This document shows positions 46,873-56,271 of a stretch of 64,000 bases of DNA, piece by piece (position 1 is the stretch's first letter; the number at the start of each line of letters is the position of its first letter). The DNA is from an uncultured Acidobacteriota bacterium. GTDB lineage: Bacteria > Actinomycetota > Acidimicrobiia > Spongiisociales > ZC4RG35. Position numbers and translations under genes: made by a program. Under the pieces are notes generated by a model. That model was not told the DNA's origin. It was given only the letters and a program-made list of their open reading frames with translations, and ran no database searches. The stretch spans positions 288,001 through 352,000 of the forward strand of contig CAWHEU010000018.1 of the NCBI GenBank assembly GCA_963828465.1. Reading direction: 5' to 3'.

Positions 46873-47673
46873 GTGACTGTAGAACTGGAATTGGCCCCCC
46901 TGGAGACCCTCTCCCCGAGCCGTGCCGGGGACTTCAAGGCGTGCCCCCAGCTCTTCAAGTTCCGGGCCATCGACCGTCTCAGCGAGCCCGCATCGGTGTA
47001 TCAGGCCCGGGGTACCACGGCCCATCTCGCACTGCAGCGACTCTTCGACCACCCCTCCATCGATCGTTCGCCCGAGCTCCTGTATGACCTGTTCCGCGAC
47101 GCCTGGACCGAGCTCCGAGGGAGCGAGGAGTTCGAAGACCTCTTCGGCGACACCGACGAGGAGCGGCAATGGGGCGTGGAGTCCCTCGCCCTTCTCACCA
47201 ACTACTTCAGCATCGAGGACCCGACCGGGTTCGACCCGGTGGACCGCGAGCTGGACATGCTCGAAGACCTCGACGGGATCACGATCAGGGGGATCCTCGA
47301 CCGGATTGACCGCGACGACGACGGTCGACTCGTCATCACCGACTACAAGACGGGCAAGGCCCCACCGGAGAGGTACGCCCTCCCCGCCTTCTTCGCCCTG
47401 AAGATCTACGCCCTTCTCATTCGACGCCGCACCGGGGAGACCCCGAAGGAGCTTCGCCTCCTCTATCTGAGCGGGCCGACCCTTTACAGGCTCGACATCG
47501 ACGACCGCCAACTCGATGCCATGGACTCGCAGCTGCGGGCGCTGTGGAACGCGATCGACCGGGCCCTGGCCACTCGAAACTTCCCCACCCGTCCCGGCAC
47601 ATTGTGCAACTGGTGCTCGTTCAAGGAGATCTGCCCGGCGTTCGCCGAGGCCCCGATGGAGAAAGCCTCCTAG
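46873..47673 (+). CDS. RecB-family PD-(D/E)XK exonuclease with 4-Cys Fe-S motif
   Basis: LSPSRAGDFKACP, RGILDRID, DYKTGK, LCNWCSFKEICP. Confidence 0.92.
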   Translation: MTVELELAPLETLSPSRAGDFKACPQLFKFRAIDRLSEPASVYQARGTTAHLALQRLFDHPSIDRSPELLYDLFRDAWTELRGSEEFEDLFGDTDEERQWGVESLALLTNYFSIEDPTGFDPVDRELDMLEDLDGITIRGILDRIDRDDDGRLVITDYKTGKAPPERYALPAFFALKIYALLIRRRTGETPKELRLLYLSGPTLYRLDIDDRQLDAMDSQLRALWNAIDRALATRNFPTRPGTLCNWCSFKEICPAFAEAPMEKAS

Positions 47674-48941
47674 GGGAAGATCCCCCGCACCAGCTTGGCG
47701 TCGGCCACCTTGCGGATCCCCTTGATGAGGGCGGCAGTCCTCAGGTCGACGTCTTCGTTGATGGCGATGTTGTGCACATCGCTGAAGGCCCGGGTCATGA
47801 TCTCCCGCAGCCGTGCCACCACTTCGTTTTCGGTCCAGAAGTATTTCTGGACGTCCTGGACCCACTCGAAATAGGAGACCGTCACACCGCCGGCGTTCGC
47901 CAGGATGTCGGGGATGATCAGTACATCCCTCTCGCGGAGAATGTCGTCGGCTTCGATCGTGGTCGGCCCGTTGGCGCCCTCGATGATGATCTTCGCCTGA
48001 ATCTCGCTGGCGTTGTCGCCACGGATGACGTTCTGAACGGCGGCCGGCACGAGGACGTCGACCGGCAACGAGAAGATCTTGTCACCGTCGATGAAATCGG
48101 CGTCCGGAAAGCCCTCGAGGAAGCGGTTCTCATCGACCCATTTCGCCAAGGCGTCGACGTCCAACCCCTCCGGGTCGTAAAGCGCACCGGAGATGTCTGA
48201 CACAGCCGCGATCTTCACTCCCATCTGATGACCGGCGATGGCCGCATACCGGCCCACGTTGCCGAAACCGTGGATCGCAACCGATACATTGTTGGGGTCG
48301 ATGCCCCGGACCCCAGCCGCCTGTGGCAGGAGGAACATCAGCCCACGGCCGGTCGCCTCACGCCGGGCCACGCTTCCCCCAAGGGCCGGAGGCTTCCCGG
48401 TGACCACCGCGGGGACGGAGTGCCCGACATGCTGGGAGTACGTGTCCATGAGCCAGGCCATCACCTGCTCGTTGGTGCCGAGGTCGGGCGCGGGGATGTC
48501 GGTCTCCGGCCCGATCACGTTGATGATCTCCATCGTGAAGCGCCTGGTCACCCGTTGCAGCTCGGCGCGGGAGAGCTGCATCGGGTCGACCCGCACCCCA
48601 CCCTTTGCCCCGCCGAAAGGAAGACCGACGATCGAGCATTTCCAGGTCATCAACATGGCGAGGGCGGCGACCTCGCCCAGATCGACGTCGGGTGCGAACC
48701 GGATCCCGCCTTTGGTCGGGCCCATGGTCGTGAGGTGCTGGATCCGATAACCGAAGAGGGTCTCCACCTCCGAATAGGTGTCACGACGGAACGGGAAGCT
48801 GACCATGGTCGACTTCTGCGGGACACGGAGTCGGTCGGCAACGTTGTCGTCCAGGCCCATGAGGCGGGCTACCCGGTCGAACTGGCCGGCGGCCTCCTTG
48901 TACATCGGTGAGTCGAATTCGTTGCCAACCGCAGTGGTCAC
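47670..48941 (-). CDS. gdhA: Glu/Leu/Phe/Val dehydrogenase (glutamate dehydrogenase)
   Basis: GPTKGGIRF, MTWK, PFGGAKGG, DIPAPD, GFGNVG, EGANGPT, NAGGVTVSYFEW. Confidence 0.93.
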   Translation of the reverse strand: MTTAVGNEFDSPMYKEAAGQFDRVARLMGLDDNVADRLRVPQKSTMVSFPFRRDTYSEVETLFGYRIQHLTTMGPTKGGIRFAPDVDLGEVAALAMLMTWKCSIVGLPFGGAKGGVRVDPMQLSRAELQRVTRRFTMEIINVIGPETDIPAPDLGTNEQVMAWLMDTYSQHVGHSVPAVVTGKPPALGGSVARREATGRGLMFLLPQAAGVRGIDPNNVSVAIHGFGNVGRYAAIAGHQMGVKIAAVSDISGALYDPEGLDVDALAKWVDENRFLEGFPDADFIDGDKIFSLPVDVLVPAAVQNVIRGDNASEIQAKIIIEGANGPTTIEADDILRERDVLIIPDILANAGGVTVSYFEWVQDVQKYFWTENEVVARLREIMTRAFSDVHNIAINEDVDLRTAALIKGIRKVADAKLVRGIFP

Positions 48942-49004
48942 GCCGACCTCCGTTCATTCACCGCCACGCCGCCCATCCTATGCGCTGGGATTCTTCGGGA
49001 AATG

Positions 49005-49026
49005 TGTCATACCCGACCGATAGCTT
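49005..49026 (+). promoter_or_regulatory. RecA-NDp/PafBC-type promoter TGTCA-N11-TAGCTT
   Basis: TGTCAtacccgaccgaTAGCTT, then 7 nt, then ATG 49034. Confidence 0.7.
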
Positions 49027-49033
49027 CCCCGAT

Positions 49034-49171
49034 ATGAGCTACTTCGAGACATTCCAACCGATCACCGAGCCCGACTTCGACCCGTTTGCCGACCCTGTCC
49101 GCTACCTGGCCGAATACGGGATCCAGGCGGAGCTAGTTGCGGAGATCGCCCGGCTTCCCGAGGCGGCCTGA
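49034..49171 (+). CDS. 45-aa leaderless acidic small protein heading the adnAB operon
   Basis: MSYFETFQPITEPDFDPFADPVRYLAEYGIQAELVAEIARLPEAA; GC3-rich codons; ATG 7 nt after the -10 box. Confidence 0.65.
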   Translation: MSYFETFQPITEPDFDPFADPVRYLAEYGIQAELVAEIARLPEAA

Positions 49172-49187
49172 CCCTACGATCAGCCCT

Positions 49188-52139
49188 GTGCCGTTGACCG
49201 AGATCCGGCTCGAGCCGGAAGACTGGGGCCCTGTGCTCGCCGACGCCGACGGCCCCCAAATCGTGGTGGCCGGGCCCGGCACCGGGAAGACAGAGTTTCT
49301 GGTGCGCCGGGTCTCTTCCCTCATCGAATCCGGACAGGCGCGGAGAGACCAGGTCGCCCTGCTGACTTTCTCCCGCCGAGCTGCCGGCGATATCCGACGG
49401 CGGGTCGATGCCGCCCTCAGTGGCGGTGGGATGCCCATCGGTGCCTCCACATTCCATTCGCTGGCCCTCCGGCTCTTGGAGGCTGCCCCCACATCCGACC
49501 GCCCCATCCCCCTCACCACACCGGAACAGATTGGCCTGGTTGGTGAGCTTCTCCAGACGGAGGACCCGGAGCAATGGCCGATCCTCTACCGCGGCATCCT
49601 GGGCACGAGTGCCTTCGCCGGTGAGGTCGCCGACTTCCTCATGCGCTGCTCCGAGAGGATGCTCTCGCCCGAGGACCTGGAGGCGAGGGCTGCCGAGCGC
49701 GCAGACTGGAGGGGCATCCCGGGTCTGTTCCGACGATACCGGGAGACACTGGCGGACCGTGGCCGCACCGACTACGCCACGCTCCTCGTCTCGGCTGTCG
49801 ATCTACTCGGGCGCCCGGAGGGGCAGGACCTGGCAGCCCAGTTCACTCACGTGCTCGTCGACGAGTATCAGGACACTTCGACCGTCCAGGCCGAGATCGC
49901 CCGTCTCATGGCGCTGCCCCACGGCAATCTCACCGCGGCAGGAGACCCCTACCAGTCGATCTACTCGTTCCGGGGCGCAGAGGTCAGGAACATTGCTGCG
50001 TTTACCGAACAGCACCCCGACGCGCGGCGCATCGTGCTGGGCCGGAGCTTGAGGGTCCCGGCACAGATCCTCGACTCGGCACTTCGCATCGTCTCCGCCG
50101 GCGAACTTCCCGGGGCCGCCGGCCCGGTGGCCCCGGCTGCCCACACCGGGCGGGTCGAGACGTATGTGTTCGACCAGGAGACCGCCGAGGCGGATTGGAT
50201 CGCACGGGACATAGAGCACCAAATCAGGGTCGAAGGGCGCAAGCCGTCCGCCATCGCGGTGCTGGTCCGATCGAAACGGGAGATGCTCAACGAGCTGAGC
50301 CGGGCGCTGGACCGAAGAAATGTGCCTCACGACTCCCCGGAGGCCCGCCTGACAGAGAACCCGGCGGTGCGGATGATCCAGGATCTCGTGATCGTGGCCA
50401 AGAGCGGCGGGGCAACCCCCCTGGTCGCGCCGGGAGAAGCGGTCGACGCCGACCGAGCGATGAGAAGGCTTTTGCTAGGCCCGCTGATCGGAGCAGGACT
50501 GGGCAAAGAGCGCGAGATCCTGCGTTCCCGTCTCCGCACCTGGGATCCATGGCCCGCCGTCCTCGCCCGCGAGCTTCCCGAGCATGCCGGGCTAGCCGCT
50601 CTGCTCGACCAGCCCGACTGGGCCGTCGAGATGCCCGCGATCGAGGGCTTCTGGAAGCTCTGGACCAGCATCGACGAATTGGAACGGGTGGTGCTCGACC
50701 CGGAGCGGAAGGGGTGGCGTCTCGCCTTCACCTCGTTCTCCCAGGTGTTGGAGCGCCAGGCGGAACGGGACACCACGGTGACTCTGGACGCCGTGTTCAG
50801 TCTGACGGAGGAGGACGGCATCGAGTCGACCCCGCTTCTCCCCTACCGGTCCATAGAGCAGCAGGTCACGCTCACCACTTTGCACCAGGCCAAGGGCCTC
50901 GAATTCGAAGTCGTTTACATCGCCAACGCCGTCGAGGGGGTCTTCCCCGACCTTCGACGTGGGCGGAGGATGTTGAGGCCCGAGTTGCTCTCCCCGGAAC
51001 GGACCACCAACCCCGAGGCTCAGCACTTGTTTCAGATCCAGGAGGAGATGCGTCTCGCCTATACCGCGATGACCCGGGCCAGATCCAAGGTGGTCTGGAC
51101 CGCCACTTCGGCCGGCGTCGACCAGGGTGAGCACAGGCCATCTCGTTTTCTCATGGCGGCCGCCGAACCCGGGATGGGCCCCGGCCTGCCCGAGGAGCAG
51201 GACGGCCCACCGGTCTCGCTGAGCGAGGCCGAGGTCTCCCTGAGACGAACTCTGCTCGACCCCGGCGCCGCCGCCTTCGATCGTCTCGCCGCCGCACAGC
51301 TGCTGGCCCGGCCACCGGCTCCCTGGTGGAACCCGATGACGTTTGCCGGAGTCCCCGCGCCCGGGCCCGATCAGCCGATCCTCGAGGGAAGTCTTCGGCT
51401 CTCCCCCAGCCAAGCAGGCGCCTACATCACCTGCCCCCGGCAATATGCCCTGGAGCGTCGCCTCCGCCTGAGTGACACCTTCTCCCCGTATGCCGAGCTG
51501 GGGACCCTCGTCCATGCGGCCTTAGAGGCCGCCGAGAAGGAGGTCATCGGTTCGGGGAAGACCCATGCCGATCTCGCCGACGCCATGAGGCACCTGGAGA
51601 GCGTGTGGGCGAAGGCGGACTTCGGCACGCCTCAGCTCGACCAGGCATGGCTTCGACACGCCCGTGAAGCCGTTCTCCGGCTCTACGAGAAATGGCCGAG
51701 CGACGGGGCCCCGGTCGAGTTGGAGAAGAAGGTCGAGACCGAGATCGGCGGCGTCCAATGGGTCGGATACATCGACCGGCTGGAGAGAGGCTCGGACGGG
51801 CTGCGGGTCGTCGACTACAAGACCTCGAAGAACCCTCCCAGCGTCCCTGACGGGAAGGGGTCGGTTCAACTCGGCTTCTATGCGTCGGCCGTGACCAGGG
51901 AAACCGGGGAACCCGTCGTCGCAGCCGAAATGTGGTTCCCTCGCAAGGAGGCCGTATCCGTGACCAAGAGATCGTTCGACATGGACCTTCTGCCAGAGGT
52001 CATCGAGACCATGGAGGAAGTGACCGACTCGATCCTGGCTGAGCGATGGGAACCGAAGGTCAACAGCCGGTGCAACAAATGCGCCTTTCGGTTGTCCTGC
52101 CCGGCCTGGGCAGAAGGAAAAGGCGCCTACCTGCCATGA
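49188..52139 (+). CDS. adnA: AdnA-like UvrD helicase/RecB nuclease subunit
   Basis: AGPGTGKT, VDEYQD, GDPYQSIYSFRGA, TLHQAKGLEF, YTAMTRA, IDRLE..DYKT, CNKCAFRLSC. Confidence 0.88.
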   Translation: MPLTEIRLEPEDWGPVLADADGPQIVVAGPGTGKTEFLVRRVSSLIESGQARRDQVALLTFSRRAAGDIRRRVDAALSGGGMPIGASTFHSLALRLLEAAPTSDRPIPLTTPEQIGLVGELLQTEDPEQWPILYRGILGTSAFAGEVADFLMRCSERMLSPEDLEARAAERADWRGIPGLFRRYRETLADRGRTDYATLLVSAVDLLGRPEGQDLAAQFTHVLVDEYQDTSTVQAEIARLMALPHGNLTAAGDPYQSIYSFRGAEVRNIAAFTEQHPDARRIVLGRSLRVPAQILDSALRIVSAGELPGAAGPVAPAAHTGRVETYVFDQETAEADWIARDIEHQIRVEGRKPSAIAVLVRSKREMLNELSRALDRRNVPHDSPEARLTENPAVRMIQDLVIVAKSGGATPLVAPGEAVDADRAMRRLLLGPLIGAGLGKEREILRSRLRTWDPWPAVLARELPEHAGLAALLDQPDWAVEMPAIEGFWKLWTSIDELERVVLDPERKGWRLAFTSFSQVLERQAERDTTVTLDAVFSLTEEDGIESTPLLPYRSIEQQVTLTTLHQAKGLEFEVVYIANAVEGVFPDLRRGRRMLRPELLSPERTTNPEAQHLFQIQEEMRLAYTAMTRARSKVVWTATSAGVDQGEHRPSRFLMAAAEPGMGPGLPEEQDGPPVSLSEAEVSLRRTLLDPGAAAFDRLAAAQLLARPPAPWWNPMTFAGVPAPGPDQPILEGSLRLSPSQAGAYITCPRQYALERRLRLSDTFSPYAELGTLVHAALEAAEKEVIGSGKTHADLADAMRHLESVWAKADFGTPQLDQAWLRHAREAVLRLYEKWPSDGAPVELEKKVETEIGGVQWVGYIDRLERGSDGLRVVDYKTSKNPPSVPDGKGSVQLGFYASAVTRETGEPVVAAEMWFPRKEAVSVTKRSFDMDLLPEVIETMEEVTDSILAERWEPKVNSRCNKCAFRLSCPAWAEGKGAYLP

Positions 52140-55100
52140 GCTCGTTGCAGCCGTCGCCAGAGCAGAAGGCGGTCCTCGACATGGGTCTCGACACGATCCG
52201 GATACGGGCCGGGGCAGGCACCGGCAAGACGACGACCGTCGCCCTCGTCATCGCCAACCTCGTGGAGAACCACGGTGTCGACCCGGAACGGATCCTTGGA
52301 ATCACCTTCACCAACAAGGCGGCATCCGAGCTGGCCGACAAGGTGAAGGCATTTCTCGGGTCCGCCGTGGAGGAAGGCCGTCAGGCAGAGGTCCATACGT
52401 ACCACGGCTTCGCCGCGCAGATCCTGGCGGAGTTCGGAGCCCTCGTCGGGGTCGACACCAGGGTCAGGGTGATCACCCCGACCTTCTCCCGACAGATCCT
52501 CTCCGAGACCTATCACCACACGACGTATGAGCACATCGACATCACCAACCCACATGGGTTGGACAAGATCCGGACGCTGGGCGACCGAATGGGGGACCAC
52601 CTCGTCACACATGACGACCTGATCGCCCACGTCGATCCGGCAAACGAGGTGTGGGCGATGCGCGCCGAGATGCTGAAAACCCTCCAGCGTTATGACGCTG
52701 ACAAGAGACGGCTCAAAGTTGTCGACTACTCCGACCTGGTCACGTTGTCCACCCGTCTCCTGACCGATCACCCCGAGCTGGTGGCAGAGATCCGGGGCCG
52801 CTACCAGGTCGTGATCCTGGACGAATACCAGGACACCAACCCGGCGCAGCGAGTGTTGCTCACCAGGGCGTTTGGCCCGTCCGACGGGCAGGCGGCGATC
52901 CCGATGATCGCGGTGGGTGACGAGGACCAGACGATCTACGAATGGCGGGGGGCATCAGCCGAGAACTTCGAGCTCTTCCCCACCCACTTCCCGGCGCCGG
53001 ACGGAGGGCCCGCCAAACACGGCACCCTCACCCTCAACCGGCGCTCGGCTCCGGAGATACTCCAGGTTGCCAACGAGATCCGGCGGCGTGCCAACCCGAC
53101 TGCGGAAGACCTGGTCTCCCACGATCCCGACTCGAAGGGCGAGGTGGTGACCTACTGGGCAGAAGACGCCGTTGCAGAAGCCGATTGGATCGCTCGCAGA
53201 TTCGATGCGTTGCACCAGGCGGGCACACCCTGGTCGGAGATGGCCGTTCTTTTCAGGAAGAACCGGGACTTCTCAGTAGTCGTCGACTCCTTCGCCCGGC
53301 ATGACATACCGGTCGAGGTGGCCAACCTCGGTGGACTGCTCTCGGTGCCCGAGGTGGCCGACCTCCGAGCGTGGCTCACGGTGCTCGACCGGCCCGGACA
53401 CTCGCCCTCGCTGGTCCAGATCCTCTTCGGAAGCCGATATCGCCTCGGCTACGCCGACATCGCCCCACTGTCGCACTGGCTGGGCAGCAATCGGCGAGAG
53501 GACATAGATCGCGATGCGGTGCCGGGCGTGACACTGCTCGAGGCGGTCGAACAGGTCGACGGGATCGAGGGCCTCCGCCCCGAGGCCCGCGCCGCCTACG
53601 AGCACTTCCTGGAAATCTACCGAGACGTGCTTGCCGAGAGCCAGGGCGCCAGCCTGGTAGAGGTCTGCCGACTCGTCCTTGACCGGACCCGCGCATGGCA
53701 GGACGTCGAATCCCTCCCCACCAATCAAAGGACGACGGCCCGGCTCAATCTGTATCGCCTCCTCGACCTGGCCGAGGACTGGAGCCCACTCAAGGGACGT
53801 CCTTCCCTTTCGGCCTTCCTCGACTACCTGGAGGCGATGGAGGACGAGCCGGCCGAGGAGCTCGACTCCGCGCATCTCTCGGGTGAGGAGGCGGTCACAC
53901 TGGTGACCGTGCACCGGGCAAAAGGTCTGGAGTGGGATGTGGTCGCAATCCCGGCCGTCACCGATAAGAGCTTCCCGGTGAAGACCGGGACTTTCCCCGA
54001 TCCCGTCCGGTTCGCCCAGTTCCTTCCTCCGGAGCATCGAATCGACAACGCACTGGCCGACATGCCTGACGACGAGAAAGAGCGAATGGATTACTTCCGG
54101 GATCAGAACGCTCTACAGGAATGGCGGGTGGCCTATGTGGCGGCGACCCGGGCCCGGTCGATGCTGATCATGACCGGTTCTTACTGGTATGGGCTCCCCG
54201 AGCCCACGATCAATGCCAAGAAGCCTTCTGAGCTCTTCGATCTCGTCGAACAGCATCCGGTTACGCGGCAAGAGGGTCATGTCGACGAACCGGAGCGGCC
54301 GGCGCTGCTCCGATTCGCGGCTACGGGCGCCACGCCGGACCCGTTGTTCGACGACGGCTGGGACGGCGCATTGCGAGCCGCGGTAGCGGACGAGGAAGCC
54401 CTTCTCCAGATGGCCGGGACGATGGGCGTCGCCGAGGCGTACCAGCAGAAGGTCGAGGAGATGCGTCAGACTCTGTTCGATCTCGACGCACTCGGGGACA
54501 TCGTGGCCGAGCCGGAGAAGACACGGGTCGTCTCCGTGACGGGGCTCGTCACCTACGCCCAGTGCCCGAAGCGTTTCTTCTGGTCCGAGGTCGACCCCTT
54601 GCCCCGTCGTCGCAACATGGCCGCCATCGCAGGCACGGCGTTGCATCGCCGGATCGAGCTTCATCAAAGGGGTCAGGTCCCCTTCGAAGATCTCGAGCCC
54701 GGGCTCTACGACGCCATGGACGAATCGACCGGCGAGGGCGGTTTCAAGGCTTTTCTCGGGTCCCGGTACGGGACCGAGGATGCGTTGTTGGTGGAAGCGC
54801 CGTTCAGCCTGCACACAGAGAGCGGATACCAGATCAAGGGCCGGGTCGACGCGATCTACGAGAGCGACGGAAACTGGGAGATCGTCGATTTCAAGAGTGG
54901 GAGATGGAGGGACGACCCCGCTCGCCTCGTCCAGCTCCAGGCGTACGCGGTGGCCGCCACCAAAGTGGATTTCGGCGTGGACAAGCCGCACGAGATCGAC
55001 GTCACCTTCGCCTATCTCGGAGGTGGGCTCGATGTCCACACGGAGCATGCCGATGAGGGGTGGCGGCAGGATGCGGCCGGGAACCTCGAAGTGCTGACCT

Positions 55101-55204
55101 CCGCCATCGAAGATGAGCGCTTCGAGGCGGTGCCGGGAGACTGGTGTCACAACTGTGACTTTCTCCGCTTCTGCCCGGAGGGCAAGAGCGAGGTCGGGGA
55201 ATGA
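52136..55204 (+). CDS. adnB: AdnB-like UvrD helicase/RecB nuclease subunit
   Basis: AGAGTGKT, LDEYQD, GDEDQTIYEWRGA, TVHRAKGLEW, GRVDA..DFKSG, QLQAYA; ATGA overlap with adnA. Confidence 0.88.
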   Translation: MSSLQPSPEQKAVLDMGLDTIRIRAGAGTGKTTTVALVIANLVENHGVDPERILGITFTNKAASELADKVKAFLGSAVEEGRQAEVHTYHGFAAQILAEFGALVGVDTRVRVITPTFSRQILSETYHHTTYEHIDITNPHGLDKIRTLGDRMGDHLVTHDDLIAHVDPANEVWAMRAEMLKTLQRYDADKRRLKVVDYSDLVTLSTRLLTDHPELVAEIRGRYQVVILDEYQDTNPAQRVLLTRAFGPSDGQAAIPMIAVGDEDQTIYEWRGASAENFELFPTHFPAPDGGPAKHGTLTLNRRSAPEILQVANEIRRRANPTAEDLVSHDPDSKGEVVTYWAEDAVAEADWIARRFDALHQAGTPWSEMAVLFRKNRDFSVVVDSFARHDIPVEVANLGGLLSVPEVADLRAWLTVLDRPGHSPSLVQILFGSRYRLGYADIAPLSHWLGSNRREDIDRDAVPGVTLLEAVEQVDGIEGLRPEARAAYEHFLEIYRDVLAESQGASLVEVCRLVLDRTRAWQDVESLPTNQRTTARLNLYRLLDLAEDWSPLKGRPSLSAFLDYLEAMEDEPAEELDSAHLSGEEAVTLVTVHRAKGLEWDVVAIPAVTDKSFPVKTGTFPDPVRFAQFLPPEHRIDNALADMPDDEKERMDYFRDQNALQEWRVAYVAATRARSMLIMTGSYWYGLPEPTINAKKPSELFDLVEQHPVTRQEGHVDEPERPALLRFAATGATPDPLFDDGWDGALRAAVADEEALLQMAGTMGVAEAYQQKVEEMRQTLFDLDALGDIVAEPEKTRVVSVTGLVTYAQCPKRFFWSEVDPLPRRRNMAAIAGTALHRRIELHQRGQVPFEDLEPGLYDAMDESTGEGGFKAFLGSRYGTEDALLVEAPFSLHTESGYQIKGRVDAIYESDGNWEIVDFKSGRWRDDPARLVQLQAYAVAATKVDFGVDKPHEIDVTFAYLGGGLDVHTEHADEGWRQDAAGNLEVLTSAIEDERFEAVPGDWCHNCDFLRFCPEGKSEVGE

Positions 55205-55803
55205 CGATTCTCCTGGCGGCCCTGGCCGGGTACGTCATCGGTTCCTTGCCCACCGCCGTCTGGCTGGGCCGGCTCTGGGGGGTCGAGCTCCTGCGGGACG
55301 GGTCGGGCAACCCCGGTTCGAACAATGCCCGGAGCCTTGGCGGGCACACACTCGCCACGCTGGTTCTGATCATCGAAGTCGCCAAGGGTCTGACGGCTGT
55401 GGCAGTCGGCCTGGCCATCGGTGGCGAAGCCGCGGGACTCGCCGCGGGATTGGGCGCGGTGGCGGGGAACGTCTACAACGTCTGGCACCAATTCAAGGGT
55501 GGGAAAGGCCTCGGCATCAGCGGTGGCGTGGTCCTGGGTCTCTGGCCTGCCGCCTTTCCGTTCGTGGTTCTGACACTCGTCTTCGCTTGTGTTCTGACGA
55601 GGTCGACGGGGATCGGGACCCTCGTGACACTTGGGGCGGTCCTCGTCGGCGCCTTCGCCTGGGAAAGCACCGGGCTCGACAACCTCTGGGGTCTCGCCGA
55701 CCCTGTGCTGCTCGTCTTGCTGGTGATTGGCATCGGGCTGATCATCGGCCCGAGGCATTGGCGGGATGCCCGCAACCGTCTCAGGTCACCCGTCCGTCCC
55801 TGA
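55201..55803 (+). CDS. plsY: Glycerol-3-phosphate acyltransferase PlsY
   Basis: YVIGSLP, GSGNPGSNNARS, EVAKG, FKGGKGL. Confidence 0.88.
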   Translation: MTILLAALAGYVIGSLPTAVWLGRLWGVELLRDGSGNPGSNNARSLGGHTLATLVLIIEVAKGLTAVAVGLAIGGEAAGLAAGLGAVAGNVYNVWHQFKGGKGLGISGGVVLGLWPAAFPFVVLTLVFACVLTRSTGIGTLVTLGAVLVGAFAWESTGLDNLWGLADPVLLVLLVIGIGLIIGPRHWRDARNRLRSPVRP

Positions 55804-56236
55804 CCTCCAACACGATCGTGACCGGGCCAGAGTTCACCAACTCGACGTTCATCGACGCCCCGAACACACCGGTCTCGACGTGCACGCCCGAATTGCGGAG
55901 TCCGTCCACGAAACGATCGACCAACGTCTCCGCCTGTTGTGGTGGGGCCGCCCCGACGAATGAAGGTCGTCGTCCCTTGCGGAGATCGCCAAGAAGTGTG
56001 AACTGGCTCACCACGAGAGCCGAACCTCCGGTTTCGAGGAGCGATCGGTTCATCTGCCCTGCCGCGTCAGGGAAGACTCTGAGATGGCCAACCTTCTCCA
56101 CAGCACGAGCAATGTCGTCCTCCATGTCCAAAGGCTCGATGCCGACGAGGAGGAGGAACCCGGAATCGATCGAGCCCACGACGACACCATCTACCTCGAC
56201 GGAGGCTCGTGTCACGCGTTGCACCACGATCCGCAC
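55781..56236 (-). CDS. dtd: D-aminoacyl-tRNA deacylase
   Basis: IVVQRVTRASV, VSQFTL, GRRPSF, LVNSGPVT. Confidence 0.95.
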   Translation of the reverse strand: MRIVVQRVTRASVEVDGVVVGSIDSGFLLLVGIEPLDMEDDIARAVEKVGHLRVFPDAAGQMNRSLLETGGSALVVSQFTLLGDLRKGRRPSFVGAAPPQQAETLVDRFVDGLRNSGVHVETGVFGASMNVELVNSGPVTIVLEVRDGRVT

Positions 56237-56271
56237 GGGTGGCGATTGTGGCAGCCCAATAGAGTGGTGTC

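Noticed and set aside
46873-47673. Cas4/CRISPR adaptation gene
   Set aside because: No cas genes or array nearby; it matches the stand-alone actinobacterial RecB-family exonuclease
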